From Chlamydiales bacterium (GTDB taxonomy: Bacteria; Chlamydiota; Chlamydiia; Chlamydiales; SM23-39), in contig DATIHQ010000072.1 in NCBI GenBank assembly GCA_035480535.1, forward strand, positions 3,417-67,416: DNA of 64,000 nucleotides, written 5' to 3'. Positions 30,501-41,044 of the stretch are shown here, piece after piece. The notes below the pieces were generated by a model. The model was not told the DNA's origin, did no database searches, and saw only the letters and a program-made list of their open reading frames with translations. Position 1 is the first letter of the stretch, and every line of letters starts with the position of its first letter. A program made the position numbers and the translations under genes.

Positions 30501-31744
30501 TCCGGATCGTAAAAGATGAAGGGCGAACCTTAGAAGATTATAAGAAGCTTCTCAATAACAAGTCGATCGAGGCGCTTCAGATTTTCAACGTCGAGCTCGG
30601 CACGAAGATCTTCTTTGCCGACGGCGCGAAAATCAAGAAGGGAATCAAAATCGCCCAGTGGGAACAGCACAGCAGCCCGATCATTTGCGAGCGCCCAGGC
30701 TATGTCAAGTATGAAGACCTCGTCGAGGGGATTTCCACCCAGCGCGAAGTCAACAAACAGACAGGCCAGGTAGAACTGATTGTGAAGCAGCACCGAGGAG
30801 AATTGCATCCGCAGATCGCGATCTATACCGATCCAGAGTATGCAGAACTCGTCGGTACCTACGCGATCCCCTCCAGTGCGGTCATCTCCACACGGGAAGG
30901 GCAATTTGTTTCAGCCGGTATGGTTTTGGCGAAACTGCCCCGCGGCGCGATCAAGACAAAGGACATCACGGGCGGTCTGCCGCGCGTTGCCGAGCTCTTT
31001 GAAGCCAGACGGCCAAAAGAGGCGGCTGAAATCGCCAAGATCGATGGAGTTGTCGACTTCCGCGGCGTTCAAAAGAACAAACGGATTGTCGTTGTCCGCG
31101 ATGAAGTTTCAGGAATGGAAGAGGAACACCTCATTCCGCTCACGAAGCACTTGATCACCCAGAAAGGGGACAATGTAGTCAAAGGACAGCAGCTTACGGA
31201 AGGATTGGTGATTTCTCAAGAGATCCTCGATATTTGCGGCGTGCGCGAACTCCAAAAATACTTGGTCAACCAAGTCCAGGAGGTCTACCGTCTGCAGGGG
31301 GTCGATATCAACGATAAACACGTTGAGATCATCGTCCGCCAAATGCTCCAGAAAGTGCGCGTCACCGATCCGGGCGACACCACCTTCTTGCATGGAGAAG
31401 ATGTCGATAAGAAAAACTTCCACGAGCAAAATCGCAAGACGATCGAAGAGGGAGGCAAGCCTGCATCGGCCGCGCCAGTTCTCCTCGGTATCACCCGCGC
31501 CTCGCTCGGAACGGAATCTTTCCTCTCGGCAGCCTCCTTCCAAGAGACGACCCGCGTCCTCACCGAAGCGGCCAGCGAGAGCAAGACTGACTACCTCATG
31601 GATATTAAAGCCAACCTCATCATGGGTCACATGATCCCAGGAGGAACAGGGCATGAGTACCATAAGAAGGTCAATAAGTTCATCGAAAGCCAACAAGCCG
31701 AAGTGCTCGATATCGATTTCGAGACCGAAGCTGTCAGTCTGTAA
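27563..31744 (+). CDS. rpoC: DNA-directed RNA polymerase subunit beta'
   Basis: 1393 aa with the [12 protein letters not shown] catalytic motif and an N-terminal zinc-binding CxC...CxxC. Confidence 0.98.
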
Positions 31745-31751
31745 TTCTACA

Positions 31752-31780
31752 AGCCGCCCTCCTAGCAGGGCGGCTCATTT
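31752..31780 (+). terminator. Hairpin immediately after the rpoC stop (candidate intrinsic terminator)
   Basis: AGCCGCCCT - CCTAGC - AGGGCGGCT gives a perfect 9-bp stem (31752-31775) followed by CATTT. The T-run is weak. Confidence 0.45.
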
Positions 31781-31781
31781 C

Positions 31782-32093
31782 ATGAGGGAATTCATGTTAC
31801 ATAAAGTTCGCTCCCCCACAACGGGTGAAAGACTCATAGGCGACCTCCAATATTGCTATAGGAACCGCGAGAAAGTGATGCGCGAGGTGGCTCGAAGAGT
31901 CAATACAGAACCACTGAGTGTGTTTGCTTATTTGGGTCTTTCTGGGGGGATAGCATTTGGTCTAGACTTTGTTGCACAGAAAATTTCTGATGCCGGTCAT
32001 CCTTATTCTGCCATGATACTTGAAGCGATCGGGGTACTTCCCGTATTCTATTTACTTGTTAAAGGGTTTTTCGGAGTCCCAAAAAGGGATTAG
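31782..32093 (+). CDS. Hypothetical small membrane protein
   Basis: 103 aa from the ATG at 31782; the longer ORF from 31653 would overlap rpoC. Two hydrophobic helices (LSVFAYLGLSGGIAFGLDFV and ILEAIGVLPVFYLLVKGFFG). Confidence 0.4.
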   Translation: MREFMLHKVRSPTTGERLIGDLQYCYRNREKVMREVARRVNTEPLSVFAYLGLSGGIAFGLDFVAQKISDAGHPYSAMILEAIGVLPVFYLLVKGFFGVPKRD

Positions 32094-32686
32094 CCCTTCT
32101 TGATATAGAATAAGCCTAAGGCATTCAGGGGAGCTCCAATCAATGCAACGCACGAATAAAATTGCGCGCAAAGTTTTGCTGCTGAAATTCCGTATGATTT
32201 AGTCCAGTTGCTCCAAGATCCTTCTTCAAAGGAGCGGACCTGTCGAGTCGCTGTTTGAAGATGGGTTAAGCGTGTTTGATCAAAAGCTGCCACTGCTGCT
32301 TGAAGAGCCGCTAAGGCATCGCGTCCCGCTTGGATCTCAGGAGCGTTGTTTTCTTGGATCAGCTTCTCTACATCCTCGATCGCTTGTCTAATTTGTTCTG
32401 GGAGCTCGGCTGTGTTTTCTAATAGTCGAACCCAATTTTTTGCTTTTAAGATGAGCTCATCTTTTTTTTCTGTCTTCTGCTGGAAGGAAGAACCCCATAG
32501 CGATAAACTGCGTGAAAAAAGGGCAAAAGCGCAGGCTTTTATGAGAAGAGAATTGGGGAAAACACAGAAAAGGACTGCGCCGGCAAGGGCACTTCTTTTA
32601 GGTGTGTTGAGAGCTTCTTCGAGGGGGGATTCATTTTTTCCTGCTTCTAGGAATCGCTGAACTGGGTGCAAAAAGGCTGGGATCAT
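32090..32686 (-). CDS. Hypothetical membrane protein with central coiled-coil-like region
   Basis: 198-aa ORF with an N-terminal hydrophobic pair (LAGAVLFCVFPNSLLIKACAFALF) and a C-terminal helix. No domain recognised. Confidence 0.4.
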   Translation of the reverse strand: MIPAFLHPVQRFLEAGKNESPLEEALNTPKRSALAGAVLFCVFPNSLLIKACAFALFSRSLSLWGSSFQQKTEKKDELILKAKNWVRLLENTAELPEQIRQAIEDVEKLIQENNAPEIQAGRDALAALQAAVAAFDQTRLTHLQTATRQVRSFEEGSWSNWTKSYGISAAKLCAQFYSCVALIGAPLNALGLFYIKKG

Positions 32687-32760
32687 AAAAGAGCTCCTCT
32701 CTATTAAAAATTTTAAAGAGAGGGACTTTAATCGGCGGGGGAAAAAAATCCAAGAAAATA

Positions 32761-33717
32761 TTAGTGACGATTCATTTTTTCGCTGAGGATTTTTTCTAGT
32801 TTGACGATGTCTTTGGCGAAGTTGCGGATCCCTTCGGAAAGCTTGTCTGTCGCCATCGCATCGTCATTGAGGAGATAGCGGAAGCCTTTTTCATCCAGGG
32901 TGAGTTTCTCGATGGGGCTTTGCTTGGCTTTTGCGGGGTCGAGTTTGCGGATGACGGGATCTGAACTTTCTTTGAGCTCTTCGAGAAAATTGGGGGAGAT
33001 GGTGAGAAGATCGCAGCCGGCGAGCTCTAAAATTTCCTCTTTATTGCGGAAGGAAGCGCCCATGATCTGCGTCTTGTAGCCGAATTTTTTATAGTAGTTG
33101 TAGATTTTTGTGACCGATTTCACGCCGGGGTCTTCTGCCGGGGGATAACTTGCTACCCCCTCATTCTTTTTATGCCAATCGAGGATGCGGCCGACAAAGG
33201 GAGAGATGAGGGTGGCCTTGGCCTCAGCGCAGCAAATGGCTTGGGGGAGGCTGAAGAGGAGGGTCATATTGCAGTGGATCCCTTCTTTTTCCAGCTTCTC
33301 GGCAGCCCGAGCCCCTTCCCAAGTGGAGGCGAGCTTAATGAGGACCCGTTTCCGGTCGATGCCTGCCTCTTCGTAAAGGGAGATTAGATGGCGGGCTTTT
33401 TCTATGCTCCCTTCTATATCGAAAGAGAGGCGGGCGTCCACTTCAGTAGAGACGCGCCCTGGGATGATTTTAAGGATTTCAAGGCCAAAATTGACAAAGA
33501 CTTTTTCAAGGGTGTAACCCACCTGATTTTTTGGCTTTTTTTTCCCGTAGCGGATCGCGTCGTCGATTAGGGGCTGATATTGGGGCTGTTGGCTAGCGGC
33601 GAGAATGAGGGAGGGGTTTGTTGTCGAATCAGTCGGGCTGTATTGCTTGAGAGCTTCAAAGTCTCCTGTATCGGCGACAACAACTGTAAATTTTTTTAAT
33701 TGGTCGAGTTGGTTCAT
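32761..33717 (-). CDS. tal: Transaldolase
   Basis: [27 protein letters not shown] and the active-site region [10 protein letters not shown]. Confidence 0.95.
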   Translation of the reverse strand: MNQLDQLKKFTVVVADTGDFEALKQYSPTDSTTNPSLILAASQQPQYQPLIDDAIRYGKKKPKNQVGYTLEKVFVNFGLEILKIIPGRVSTEVDARLSFDIEGSIEKARHLISLYEEAGIDRKRVLIKLASTWEGARAAEKLEKEGIHCNMTLLFSLPQAICCAEAKATLISPFVGRILDWHKKNEGVASYPPAEDPGVKSVTKIYNYYKKFGYKTQIMGASFRNKEEILELAGCDLLTISPNFLEELKESSDPVIRKLDPAKAKQSPIEKLTLDEKGFRYLLNDDAMATDKLSEGIRNFAKDIVKLEKILSEKMNRH

Positions 33718-34196
33718 TCTACCGGTCCTTTAAAGAGATTGGAGAAGAGGGCACTATTTCCCGTAAATCGGCTATAAAATTTGGGGAACTGATCAGGGTC
33801 CAATTTTTTCTCAAAATCATCGATGAGGATACTCACTTTTTCTCCTCTATGCAAGGCTAGAATTATTTCTTCTATTGTTCCCTGGGGGATTTGAACCCGC
33901 ATTTTTCCCTCATGTAAAGGAAGATTTTCATGAAAAATCTGATCGCCGATAGTAAAAGTGGCCTCGATCGAATCGGGGGAGGAGGAAATGAACCGAAACT
34001 GTTTTAAATAGAGAAAGGAATGGATTTCATCCCCAATTCTCACCATTTCGAAGGTAAGTGGGGATTGATCTAGGCAGCGGAGTCGAGTGGAATCAAAGAC
34101 GGCATCGCCCGCTAAAATTCCATCGAGCTTCCAAGGGCTGTCGGTGACACAGCCGCAGAGGAATAGTAGAAGGCTAATGAGCGTTTTTCCCATCAT
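33714..34196 (-). CDS. Hypothetical lipoprotein
   Basis: N-terminus [16 protein letters not shown] with a lipobox-like L-C-G-C. A 4-nt overlap with tal is present. Confidence 0.5.
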   Translation of the reverse strand: MMGKTLISLLLFLCGCVTDSPWKLDGILAGDAVFDSTRLRCLDQSPLTFEMVRIGDEIHSFLYLKQFRFISSSPDSIEATFTIGDQIFHENLPLHEGKMRVQIPQGTIEEIILALHRGEKVSILIDDFEKKLDPDQFPKFYSRFTGNSALFSNLFKGPVE

Positions 34197-34389
34197 GAAT
34201 CGTCACGAGGATAATTCCTGCCGTGGCAGTGAATACAGTTGTGGCTGCAAAGACCCAATTTGGCCATTCATTTCCTTTGGCTACTTTGTTTGAGTTTTCT
34301 GCAGCAGCTCCCGTTTGCTGCGCATTCAACCCAGATGCGGCCAGAAGAATGATGAGCGTCTTATTGAGTCGAAGAATAGATTTTAGCAT
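34174..34389 (-). CDS. Small signal-peptide + C-terminal-TM protein
   Basis: 71 aa with AAGGAGG directly upstream of the ATG. It has a signal peptide (LIILLAASGLNAQ) and a C-terminal helix WVFAATTVFTATAGIILV. The architecture matches the two small ORFs at 35036 and 35396. Confidence 0.5.
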   Translation of the reverse strand: MLKSILRLNKTLIILLAASGLNAQQTGAAAENSNKVAKGNEWPNWVFAATTVFTATAGIILVTIHDGKNAH

Positions 34390-35032
34390 ACCCCTCCTTT
34401 AAAACAAGGAAATGCCAGTATCCTCCCATTTGGGGGACTTTTTCAGCTACAGCTTTTTGCAACTGTTCCCATTGCTGCTGCTGTTGCGCCGTTTTTTCTT
34501 GATCGGCGGCGAAATGACCTAAGCGTTGGAAAATCTCCTGGAATTCTTCCTTTTGCCCACCAGCCAGTGGAGAAAAGAGATCTGAGGTTAAATTGAGCGT
34601 TCGGAAGCAGTTTAAGAGTTCTTTCTGGAATTTAGGAAAATCTTGTTTCAAAACGGCCCCAGTGAGAAGGTAAGCTTTATTCTCTTTGACTAGAATGGCT
34701 TGCAAGGTTTTTATTTCACCCCAAGGACTCATGGAGGTGATTTCTGTTAGCCGCCCCTCTCCTCCTTGCATTGGAAATTTCCCCAAATCGCGCCATTGTG
34801 TATTCGGCTGCTCTTTGTGAATCTCTTTTACAGCTTTAACATATTCTTTTAGAGGAACATCCACAGTTTCAAAGGCGATATTAATCGAAGGGCGAAACTC
34901 ATTGGAACCTTTTCCAATAAATCCTACTTGTACGTATTCGGAAAGATGCTTAGGTTTAGCGATCTCCCACCCGGTGGGAGGGATGAAATAACAAATAGAC
35001 AGAAGAAGGGAGAACATGATTTGAACCCACAA
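34361..35032 (-). CDS. Hypothetical secreted protein (possibly PsbP/DcrB-like fold)
   Basis: 223 aa with a signal-like N-terminus and a PPTGWEIAKP...FIGKG... pattern reminiscent of DcrB/PsbP-type domains. Weak recall only. Confidence 0.4.
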   Translation of the reverse strand: MWVQIMFSLLLSICYFIPPTGWEIAKPKHLSEYVQVGFIGKGSNEFRPSINIAFETVDVPLKEYVKAVKEIHKEQPNTQWRDLGKFPMQGGEGRLTEITSMSPWGEIKTLQAILVKENKAYLLTGAVLKQDFPKFQKELLNCFRTLNLTSDLFSPLAGGQKEEFQEIFQRLGHFAADQEKTAQQQQQWEQLQKAVAEKVPQMGGYWHFLVLKEGYAKIYSSTQ

Positions 35033-35035
35033 AGA

Positions 35036-35284
35036 TTAATGACTATGGCCGCTACCACCGCCACCACCACCACCCGAGTCATTATCGATGAGGGCGCAGA
35101 GAGCTGCGAACCCCGCAGCTAATCCTAAGCCCCAGCCCATCATGGAGAGGACGGTTGCATCGTGGTTGCTGTACCCAGCCGCTTCGCCGCGACGAGCTGG
35201 ACGCCGTCCTGTAGCAGGAGGCTCCTGAGCTAACGCCGAAGTGCAGAGACCGAAGATCAGAAGGGCAATTATTCCCTTTCTCAT
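35036..35284 (-). CDS. Small secreted/tail-anchored glycine-zipper protein (paralogue a)
   Basis: 82 aa from the ATG at 35284, with AGGAG 8 nt upstream. Signal peptide IIALLIFGLCTSALAQ. C-terminal GWGLGLAAGFAALCALI followed by GGGGGGGSGHSH. Confidence 0.6.
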   Translation of the reverse strand: MRKGIIALLIFGLCTSALAQEPPATGRRPARRGEAAGYSNHDATVLSMMGWGLGLAAGFAALCALIDNDSGGGGGGGSGHSH

Positions 35285-35395
35285 TGAACACGCTCCTACA
35301 CTCTTTCTCTCATAAAGAGATTTTTTAGGCAATGCCTAAAGCGAGGAGATGATCAAGGCCCCGGCCAATAAGACCGGGGCAAGCTTCCATTCTTC

Positions 35396-35620
35396 TTAGT
35401 GAGAGAATGTTGAGGGAGAAGAAGCAGCAGATGCAGCGGTAAGACCCACTACAATGCCGAGTACTGCTAGGCCTCCCAAGCCGATTCCCCAAGCAAAAGA
35501 GTCATCATTTGAGGCATAGGTGGTGCCTTGCTGAGCGCCACGGCCCATATTGCCTTGAGCAAAGGCAGCATTCCCCGCTAACATAGCGACAACTGCCATA
35601 AGAACTGCGAATTTTTTCAT
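35396..35620 (-). CDS. Small secreted/tail-anchored glycine-zipper protein (paralogue b)
   Basis: 74 aa from the ATG at 35620, with GGAG 6 nt upstream. Signal peptide FAVLMAVVAMLAGNAAFAQ. C-terminal AWGIGLGGLAVLGIVVGL, ending in FSH. Confidence 0.6.
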   Translation of the reverse strand: MKKFAVLMAVVAMLAGNAAFAQGNMGRGAQQGTTYASNDDSFAWGIGLGGLAVLGIVVGLTAASAASSPSTFSH

Positions 35621-35799
35621 TTGCATCTCCAATTTGATACAGAACGTTAGAAGTTAGTAACCTCGTAAGACTGTAGGTTATACTCTTTCCTAAATTTTTT
35701 CTAGCAAAATACAGAAAAAAGTTCAATCACTTAAAACTTATGCAGAGAAAATCGGGAGCTGTGTAAAATCTTGTAGTTAAGAAATAGGCTAGGGTTCCG

Positions 35800-36426
35800 A
35801 TGAAAGGGTTAGAGACAGGTAAAGACAAAATCCAGAAAATCTGTGATTCGCTGAGAAAAGAAACATTAGAACCGGCGAAGCAAGAGGCTCGCGAGATCGT
35901 GGAGAACGCCCACCTTCAAGCTGCTGAGGTTCTTAAGGTAGCGAAAGAAAAAGCGCAAAATATAGTCAACACAGCCGAAAAAGAAGTTGGAGAAAAGAAA
36001 AAAGTCTTTCAAGCTTCTTTGAATTTAGCGTGCCGGCAGGGGATCGAACAGTTAAAGCAAAAGATTGAGGATGAACTATTTAATAAGGAGTTAGCCCACC
36101 TTGCTTCTAAAGAAATGGCAGATCCTAAACTCATCGCTAATCTATTGAACTCATTCATCCATTCCATGGAAGAAAAAGGGATCGAAGAGGAATTTGTAGC
36201 CATCATCCCTAAGGGGATTTCTCCCCGCTCGATCAACGACCTTTTGGCTTCCCGCGTTTTGGAGCGACTTAAGAATAAGACAGTTGTTATGGGAGAATTT
36301 GCAGGAGGCGTGCAGATCCAGCTGAAGGGGCGTCAAATCACGATAGATATTTCCGATATCGTTGTCCGCGAGCTCATTGCGCAATATATCCGGCGAGATC
36401 TCCGCGATTTAGTTTTCAACGTATAG
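35800..36426 (+). CDS. atpE: V-type ATP synthase subunit E
   Basis: 208 aa with a long N-terminal helical K/E/A-rich region and a globular C-terminus. It is the first gene of the V-ATPase operon. Confidence 0.85.
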   Translation: MKGLETGKDKIQKICDSLRKETLEPAKQEAREIVENAHLQAAEVLKVAKEKAQNIVNTAEKEVGEKKKVFQASLNLACRQGIEQLKQKIEDELFNKELAHLASKEMADPKLIANLLNSFIHSMEEKGIEEEFVAIIPKGISPRSINDLLASRVLERLKNKTVVMGEFAGGVQIQLKGRQITIDISDIVVRELIAQYIRRDLRDLVFNV

Positions 36427-36433
36427 GAGTTTG

Positions 36434-37210
36434 ATGTCTGGCTATTATTATGTTCTTTCTGCCTTGCCTCCTCTTGCTTTGGGGGTTAAGCCCGAACTTT
36501 CCTTTAAGGAAGTGAGGGAAATGCTCGCTTTGAATTTAAGTGCCAAAGACTTGCATGAGGTGGAACGACTTTTAAGACCGATAGACCTCTATAACATACG
36601 GGCTCTTTGGCTTGGCCTGCCCCTCGATGATAAGGGAAATTATAATAGCCGCGATCTTGAGGAAGTGCTCCTCGTCCAGGGTCCATTGCCGCCTTATCTC
36701 ATCGATTTTTTAGAGCGCTATGAGTCGACAGAGGATCGCCTTCGTTATTTTTCTTCCCTTTATGCCTCTCTTTACCGAGAAGAACAGGTTAAATTCACCG
36801 GTTTTTTGCGCAAATACTACCAATTTGAGAGGGAGCTCCGTCTTATCCTGACTGCGCTGCGAGCGAAGCAGGCGGGGCGCGATATCGTGCGGGAGCTGCA
36901 GTTTGAGGATCCCTTAGATCCGTTTGTAGCTCAGATTTTAGCCCAAAAAGATGTCGCTGAATACACCCCTCCGCGAGAATACGAAGACTTAAAAACCTTA
37001 TTTATGGAAAATAGATCCGATCCGAAGAAGCTTTATCGAGCCATTTTGCAATATCGGTTCGATAAAATAGAGGAGATGGAAGAAGTCCCTGATTTTGGCA
37101 TCGACAGCATTCTCGCCTATTTGGCCAAGTTGATCCTCGTAGAATCATGGGCGCAGCTCGATCGGGAAAAAGGAACCACCGCAGTAGAACAATTGAGTCA
37201 ATATGGATAA
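36434..37210 (+). CDS. V-ATPase operon protein (DUF2764-like; occupies the position of the chlamydial hypothetical gene between atpE and atpA, possibly the subunit C equivalent)
   Basis: Its operon position and a 258-aa helical protein; GGAG lies 4 nt upstream of the ATG at 36434. The family name is recalled, not verified. Confidence 0.6.
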   Translation: MSGYYYVLSALPPLALGVKPELSFKEVREMLALNLSAKDLHEVERLLRPIDLYNIRALWLGLPLDDKGNYNSRDLEEVLLVQGPLPPYLIDFLERYESTEDRLRYFSSLYASLYREEQVKFTGFLRKYYQFERELRLILTALRAKQAGRDIVRELQFEDPLDPFVAQILAQKDVAEYTPPREYEDLKTLFMENRSDPKKLYRAILQYRFDKIEEMEEVPDFGIDSILAYLAKLILVESWAQLDREKGTTAVEQLSQYG

Positions 37211-38969
37211 ACATTCGCACGCAACCGGCACGGTCGTGCAAGCTTTTGGAAACCTCTTGCATGTTCGCTTTGACGGGGCGATCCGGCAAGGAGAAATAGC
37301 GCGCGTCCAGATAGGGAAGGAGTCGCTTCTCGCCGAAGTGATTGAAATCGCCGGGAATGAAGCCAAAATCCAAGTCTTTGAAGACACGCGCGGCATCAAA
37401 TTCAATACTCCTGTGCATTTTAACGGCCATCTTTTGGAGGCGGAACTTGGACCCGGTCTTTTGACCTCTATTTTCGATGGGTTGCAAAATCCACTGGAGA
37501 AAATTGCCAATGCCACCGGCGTTTATCTGCGGCGGGGCGTTTATATTCCTCCACTCGATCGGGAAAAAAAATGGGATTTTACGCCTATCGCTAAGCCGGG
37601 CGATCTCTTAAGCCGCGGCGATCCCCTCGGATCTGTTCAAGAAGGGCGTTTCCCTCACCCGATCATGGTTCCTTTTTCTCAATTTGGAAAAGTCAAGATT
37701 ACCTCGGTGGCCAAAGCAGGACCCTATTCCATTGATACAGTCATTGCAGAAGGGGAAGATGAGCGAGGGCATCCGGTCAAATTTACGATGGTGCAGCGCT
37801 GGCCTGTAAGAAATGCGCTCGTTGAAGGGAAGAAAATCCGCCCTTCGCGGATGATGGATACGGGACTTCGAATCCTCGATACGCAATTTCCCGTTTTGAA
37901 GGGGGGCGCTTTCTGCTCTCCAGGTCCATTTGGTGCAGGAAAGACGGTGATGCAGCACCACCTCTCTAAATATTCTGCCGTGGACATCGTCGTCATCGTA
38001 GCCTGCGGAGAGAGAGCAGGAGAGGTAGTCGAAATGCTTCGCACCTTCCCGCAATTGATCGATCCGCATACCAATGAGTCGCTGATGAAGCGAACGGTCA
38101 TCATTTGCAACACTTCTTCTATGCCAGTGGCCGCTCGGGAACCCTCAGTCTACATGGGGGCCGCGATTGCCGAATACTACCGGCAAATGGGACTCGATGT
38201 ATTGCTCCTCGCCGATTCCACCTCTCGTTGGGCGCAGGCGATGCGCGAAATGTCGGGCCGCCTCGAAGAAATCCCAGGGGATGAAGCCTTTCCGGCTTAT
38301 CTGGCCTCTCGCATTTCTTCCTTCTATGAAAGGGCAGGAGTTTTAGAACTTAAAAATGGGAAATCGGGTTCGCTGACGATTGGCGGCAGCGTTTCCCCGG
38401 CAGGCGGAAATTTCGAAGAGCCTGTCACGCAAGCCTCTTTAGCCATTGTAGGGGCATTCCATGGACTTTCCCGCGCTCGTTCCGATGCGCGCCGCTACCC
38501 GGCCATCGATCCGTTGATTTCTTGGACCAAATACTTAAATGAGGTGGGGGAAGAGCTCAATGCTCACCTTCCTGGATGGGCGGATAAAGTGCGCCATGCC
38601 GCCAGCATCTTGCAACGGGGCGATGAAATCGGAAAGAGGATGGAAGTTGTTGGCGAAGAAGGTGTAGCGATCGATGACATGGTCCTTTATCTCAAATCAG
38701 AGCTCTACGAGTTCTGTTACTTGCAGCAAAATGCATTTGATAAAGAAGATTGCTATTGTCCTTTAAAGCGGCAAGTCGAGATGTTTACTTTACTCCAAAA
38801 GATTTTCGATATCCGCTTTGAATTCGATGTTCACGATGCAGCGAGAGGATTCTTTTTGAACTTGCAAAACGAGATAAAAAACATCAACTTCCTCCCGTTC
38901 CATTCAGAGAAATATCGGGAAGCCATGACTGCCGTGGAAGAAAAAATCAATCAAAAGAAGAAAGCATGA
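37203..38969 (+). CDS. atpA: V-type ATP synthase catalytic subunit A
   Basis: 588 aa with Walker [10 protein letters not shown], plus [15 protein letters not shown] and [10 protein letters not shown]. Confidence 0.97.
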   Translation: MDKHSHATGTVVQAFGNLLHVRFDGAIRQGEIARVQIGKESLLAEVIEIAGNEAKIQVFEDTRGIKFNTPVHFNGHLLEAELGPGLLTSIFDGLQNPLEKIANATGVYLRRGVYIPPLDREKKWDFTPIAKPGDLLSRGDPLGSVQEGRFPHPIMVPFSQFGKVKITSVAKAGPYSIDTVIAEGEDERGHPVKFTMVQRWPVRNALVEGKKIRPSRMMDTGLRILDTQFPVLKGGAFCSPGPFGAGKTVMQHHLSKYSAVDIVVIVACGERAGEVVEMLRTFPQLIDPHTNESLMKRTVIICNTSSMPVAAREPSVYMGAAIAEYYRQMGLDVLLLADSTSRWAQAMREMSGRLEEIPGDEAFPAYLASRISSFYERAGVLELKNGKSGSLTIGGSVSPAGGNFEEPVTQASLAIVGAFHGLSRARSDARRYPAIDPLISWTKYLNEVGEELNAHLPGWADKVRHAASILQRGDEIGKRMEVVGEEGVAIDDMVLYLKSELYEFCYLQQNAFDKEDCYCPLKRQVEMFTLLQKIFDIRFEFDVHDAARGFFLNLQNEIKNINFLPFHSEKYREAMTAVEEKINQKKKA

Positions 38970-40282
38970 GAAAAGTTTACGATCGAATCATTGATATGCG
39001 GGGCAACTTGATCACCATTGCCGCTGAGGGAATTTCCCTGGGAGAAGTGGCGCGGATTCATAAGAAGAATGGCACCTCTACCTATGCTTCCGTTCTTCGA
39101 TTCGACGATGATCTGGTGACGCTGCAGGTGTTTGAGGCAATCCGGGGAATTTCAACTGGAGACCAGGTCACTTTTCTCAATCGGCAAATCTGCGCTACTT
39201 TTTCCAATTCTCTTCTGGGGCGACGGTTGAATGGAGCGGGAATTCCTATCGACGATGGACCAGAGATCATTGGGGAGGAAGTGGACATTGGGCAGCCTTC
39301 TTTTAATCCGACCCGCCGCATCATTCCCCGCGAGTTGGTGAGAACCAATATTCCGATGATCGATGTCTTTAATTGCCTTGTAAAGTCGCAAAAGATACCC
39401 ATCTTTTCCGTGCCTGGCGAGCCCTATAATGCCCTCTTAATGCGCATTGCGAACCAAACCGATGCCGATGTGGTCATCATTGCCGGCATGGGCCTTCGCT
39501 TTGACGACTATGCGGCCTTTATCGATAACGCTGAAAAAGCGGGTTCCATTGAAAAAACGGTGATGTTCGTCCATCTGGCGACCGACCCGCCCGTCGAATG
39601 CCTTCTCGTTCCCGATATGGCCCTCGCCGTTGCCGAAAAATTCGCCCTAGAAGGGCAAGATGTCCTGGTTCTCATGACTGATATGACCGCCTTTGCCGAT
39701 GCGATCAAAGAAATTTCGATCACGATGGATCAAATTCCCTCGAATCGCGGCTATCCCGGTTCCCTCTATTCAGATCTTGCGTCGCGCTATGAAAAAGCAG
39801 TCGATATCGATGGGAGCGGCTCCATCACGATCATCTCCGTCACCACCATGCCAGGCGGCGATGTAACGCACCCCATTCCCGATAACACAGGCTATATCAC
39901 CGAAGGGCAGTTTTATCTCCACAACGGGGTCATCGATCCATTTGGTTCTCTTTCCCGTCTTAAGCAGCAAGTAATTGGGAAAGTGACCCGCGAGGATCAT
40001 GGCGATCTCGCAAACACGATGATCCGCCTCTATGCGGACTCTAAAAAAGCGCGCGAAAGGCAGGGGATGGGATTCCGCCTCTCTCGTTGGGATGAGAAAC
40101 TCCTCCGCTACTCCTTTCTCTTCGAACAGCGGATGATGAATCTCGAAGTGAACATCTCCCTGGAAGAAGCGCTCGATCTCGGCTGGATTACCCTCGCCGA
40201 ATGCTTTGAATTAGAAGAGATCGGGATTAAGAAACAAATCTCAGACAAATATTGGCCACGGGAGCAGCCCCCTGAACGATAG
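38966..40282 (+). CDS. atpB: V-type ATP synthase subunit B
   Basis: 438 aa with B-subunit conservation ([31 protein letters not shown]). A 4-nt overlap with atpA is present. Confidence 0.97.
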   Translation: MRKVYDRIIDMRGNLITIAAEGISLGEVARIHKKNGTSTYASVLRFDDDLVTLQVFEAIRGISTGDQVTFLNRQICATFSNSLLGRRLNGAGIPIDDGPEIIGEEVDIGQPSFNPTRRIIPRELVRTNIPMIDVFNCLVKSQKIPIFSVPGEPYNALLMRIANQTDADVVIIAGMGLRFDDYAAFIDNAEKAGSIEKTVMFVHLATDPPVECLLVPDMALAVAEKFALEGQDVLVLMTDMTAFADAIKEISITMDQIPSNRGYPGSLYSDLASRYEKAVDIDGSGSITIISVTTMPGGDVTHPIPDNTGYITEGQFYLHNGVIDPFGSLSRLKQQVIGKVTREDHGDLANTMIRLYADSKKARERQGMGFRLSRWDEKLLRYSFLFEQRMMNLEVNISLEEALDLGWITLAECFELEEIGIKKQISDKYWPREQPPER

Positions 40283-40291
40283 AGAGGGAGA

Positions 40292-40405
40292 GGAGAACGC
40301 GGAGATGAGATCCACCACGGAGGAAGGAGTGGTGGAGAATGCACGGAGGACAGATGGGGCCTTTTTCCCTCCGTGCTTCCTCCCGCGCTCCTTCCTCCGT
40401 GGTGG
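40292..40405. repeat. Structured palindromic intergenic repeat, type 2 (copy B) in the atpB-atpD spacer
   Basis: The outer stem is an 18-bp perfect pairing of CCACCACGGAGGAAGGAG (40312-40329) with CTCCTTCCTCCGTGGTGG (40388-40405). The inner stem is a 9-bp pairing of GCACGGAGG (40341-40349) with CCTCCGTGC (40368-40376). The upstream GGAGAACGCGGAG (40292-40304) is shared 12/13 with copy C. Confidence 0.85.
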
Positions 40406-40435
40406 CTCTCCCACGGTTATGACGGAAATACCTGT

Positions 40436-41044
40436 ATGACAGTGAAACTGACGAAAAATGAACTGAGGACGCAGCAGACAAGGTATTCGCAGTTTCAAAG
40501 ATATTTGCCGACGCTGCAGTTAAAAAAGGCGATGCTGCAATTCGAAGTTTCGTTGGTTTACTTGGAAATCGCTCAATTGAAGGAAGAATTTTTGACGGCG
40601 CGGGTGCGAGTGGAAGATTTTTCCCCGTTTTTATTGGAGAAAGTTGCGGTTGACCTGCTTCTGTATGCAGAGATTCTACATGTAAAAAAAAGATATGAAA
40701 ATATCGCCGGAGTGGAGATTCCCATTTTGGATAAAGTGATTTTCCGCGATCCAGATTATTTTTTATTCGATACGCCTGTCTGGACAGACCGAGCGACAGA
40801 GTTGTTGAGGGAGTTGGTCACGGCGAGAGAAAAAATGAACATCGCAGAAGAAAAGAGGCGCGCATTGGAGAAAGAGTTGCGCGAAGTATCGATCCGCGTC
40901 AATCTTTTTGAGAAAATATTGATTCCAAGGGCCCAAGAAAATATCAAAAAGATCCGGATCTTCCTTGGAGATCAGCAGCTGGCTGCCGTAGCGCAGGCGA
41001 AAGTCGCAAAGCGGAAAATTGCTTTGCGGAAGGCGGCCGAATGA
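40436..41044 (+). CDS. atpD: V-type ATP synthase subunit D
   Basis: The protein starts MTVKLTKNELRTQQTRYSQFQRYLPTLQLKK, a typical D-subunit N-terminus. The longer ORF from 40373 would read through the palindromic repeat. Confidence 0.9.
   Translation: MTVKLTKNELRTQQTRYSQFQRYLPTLQLKKAMLQFEVSLVYLEIAQLKEEFLTARVRVEDFSPFLLEKVAVDLLLYAEILHVKKRYENIAGVEIPILDKVIFRDPDYFLFDTPVWTDRATELLRELVTAREKMNIAEEKRRALEKELREVSIRVNLFEKILIPRAQENIKKIRIFLGDQQLAAVAQAKVAKRKIALRKAAE

Noticed and set aside
35045-35075. ACC/GCC trinucleotide run (encoding GGGGGGG on the minus strand) considered as a phase-variable simple-sequence repeat
   Set aside because: There are only about four perfect ACC repeats, and changes would be in-frame. 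This is too short to claim contingency behaviour.
35633-35799. Attempted promoter call upstream of atpE (TATACT at about 35685)
   Set aside because: No acceptable -35 element lies at 16-18 nt spacing, so I do not report it as a feature.
40227-40498. 84-85-aa ORFs on the minus strand and the N-terminal extension of atpD (from 40373) across the atpB-atpD spacer
   Set aside because: These ORFs are generated by the palindromic repeat, and symmetric sequence gives open frames on both strands. The D subunit has a canonical N-terminus from the ATG at 40436.
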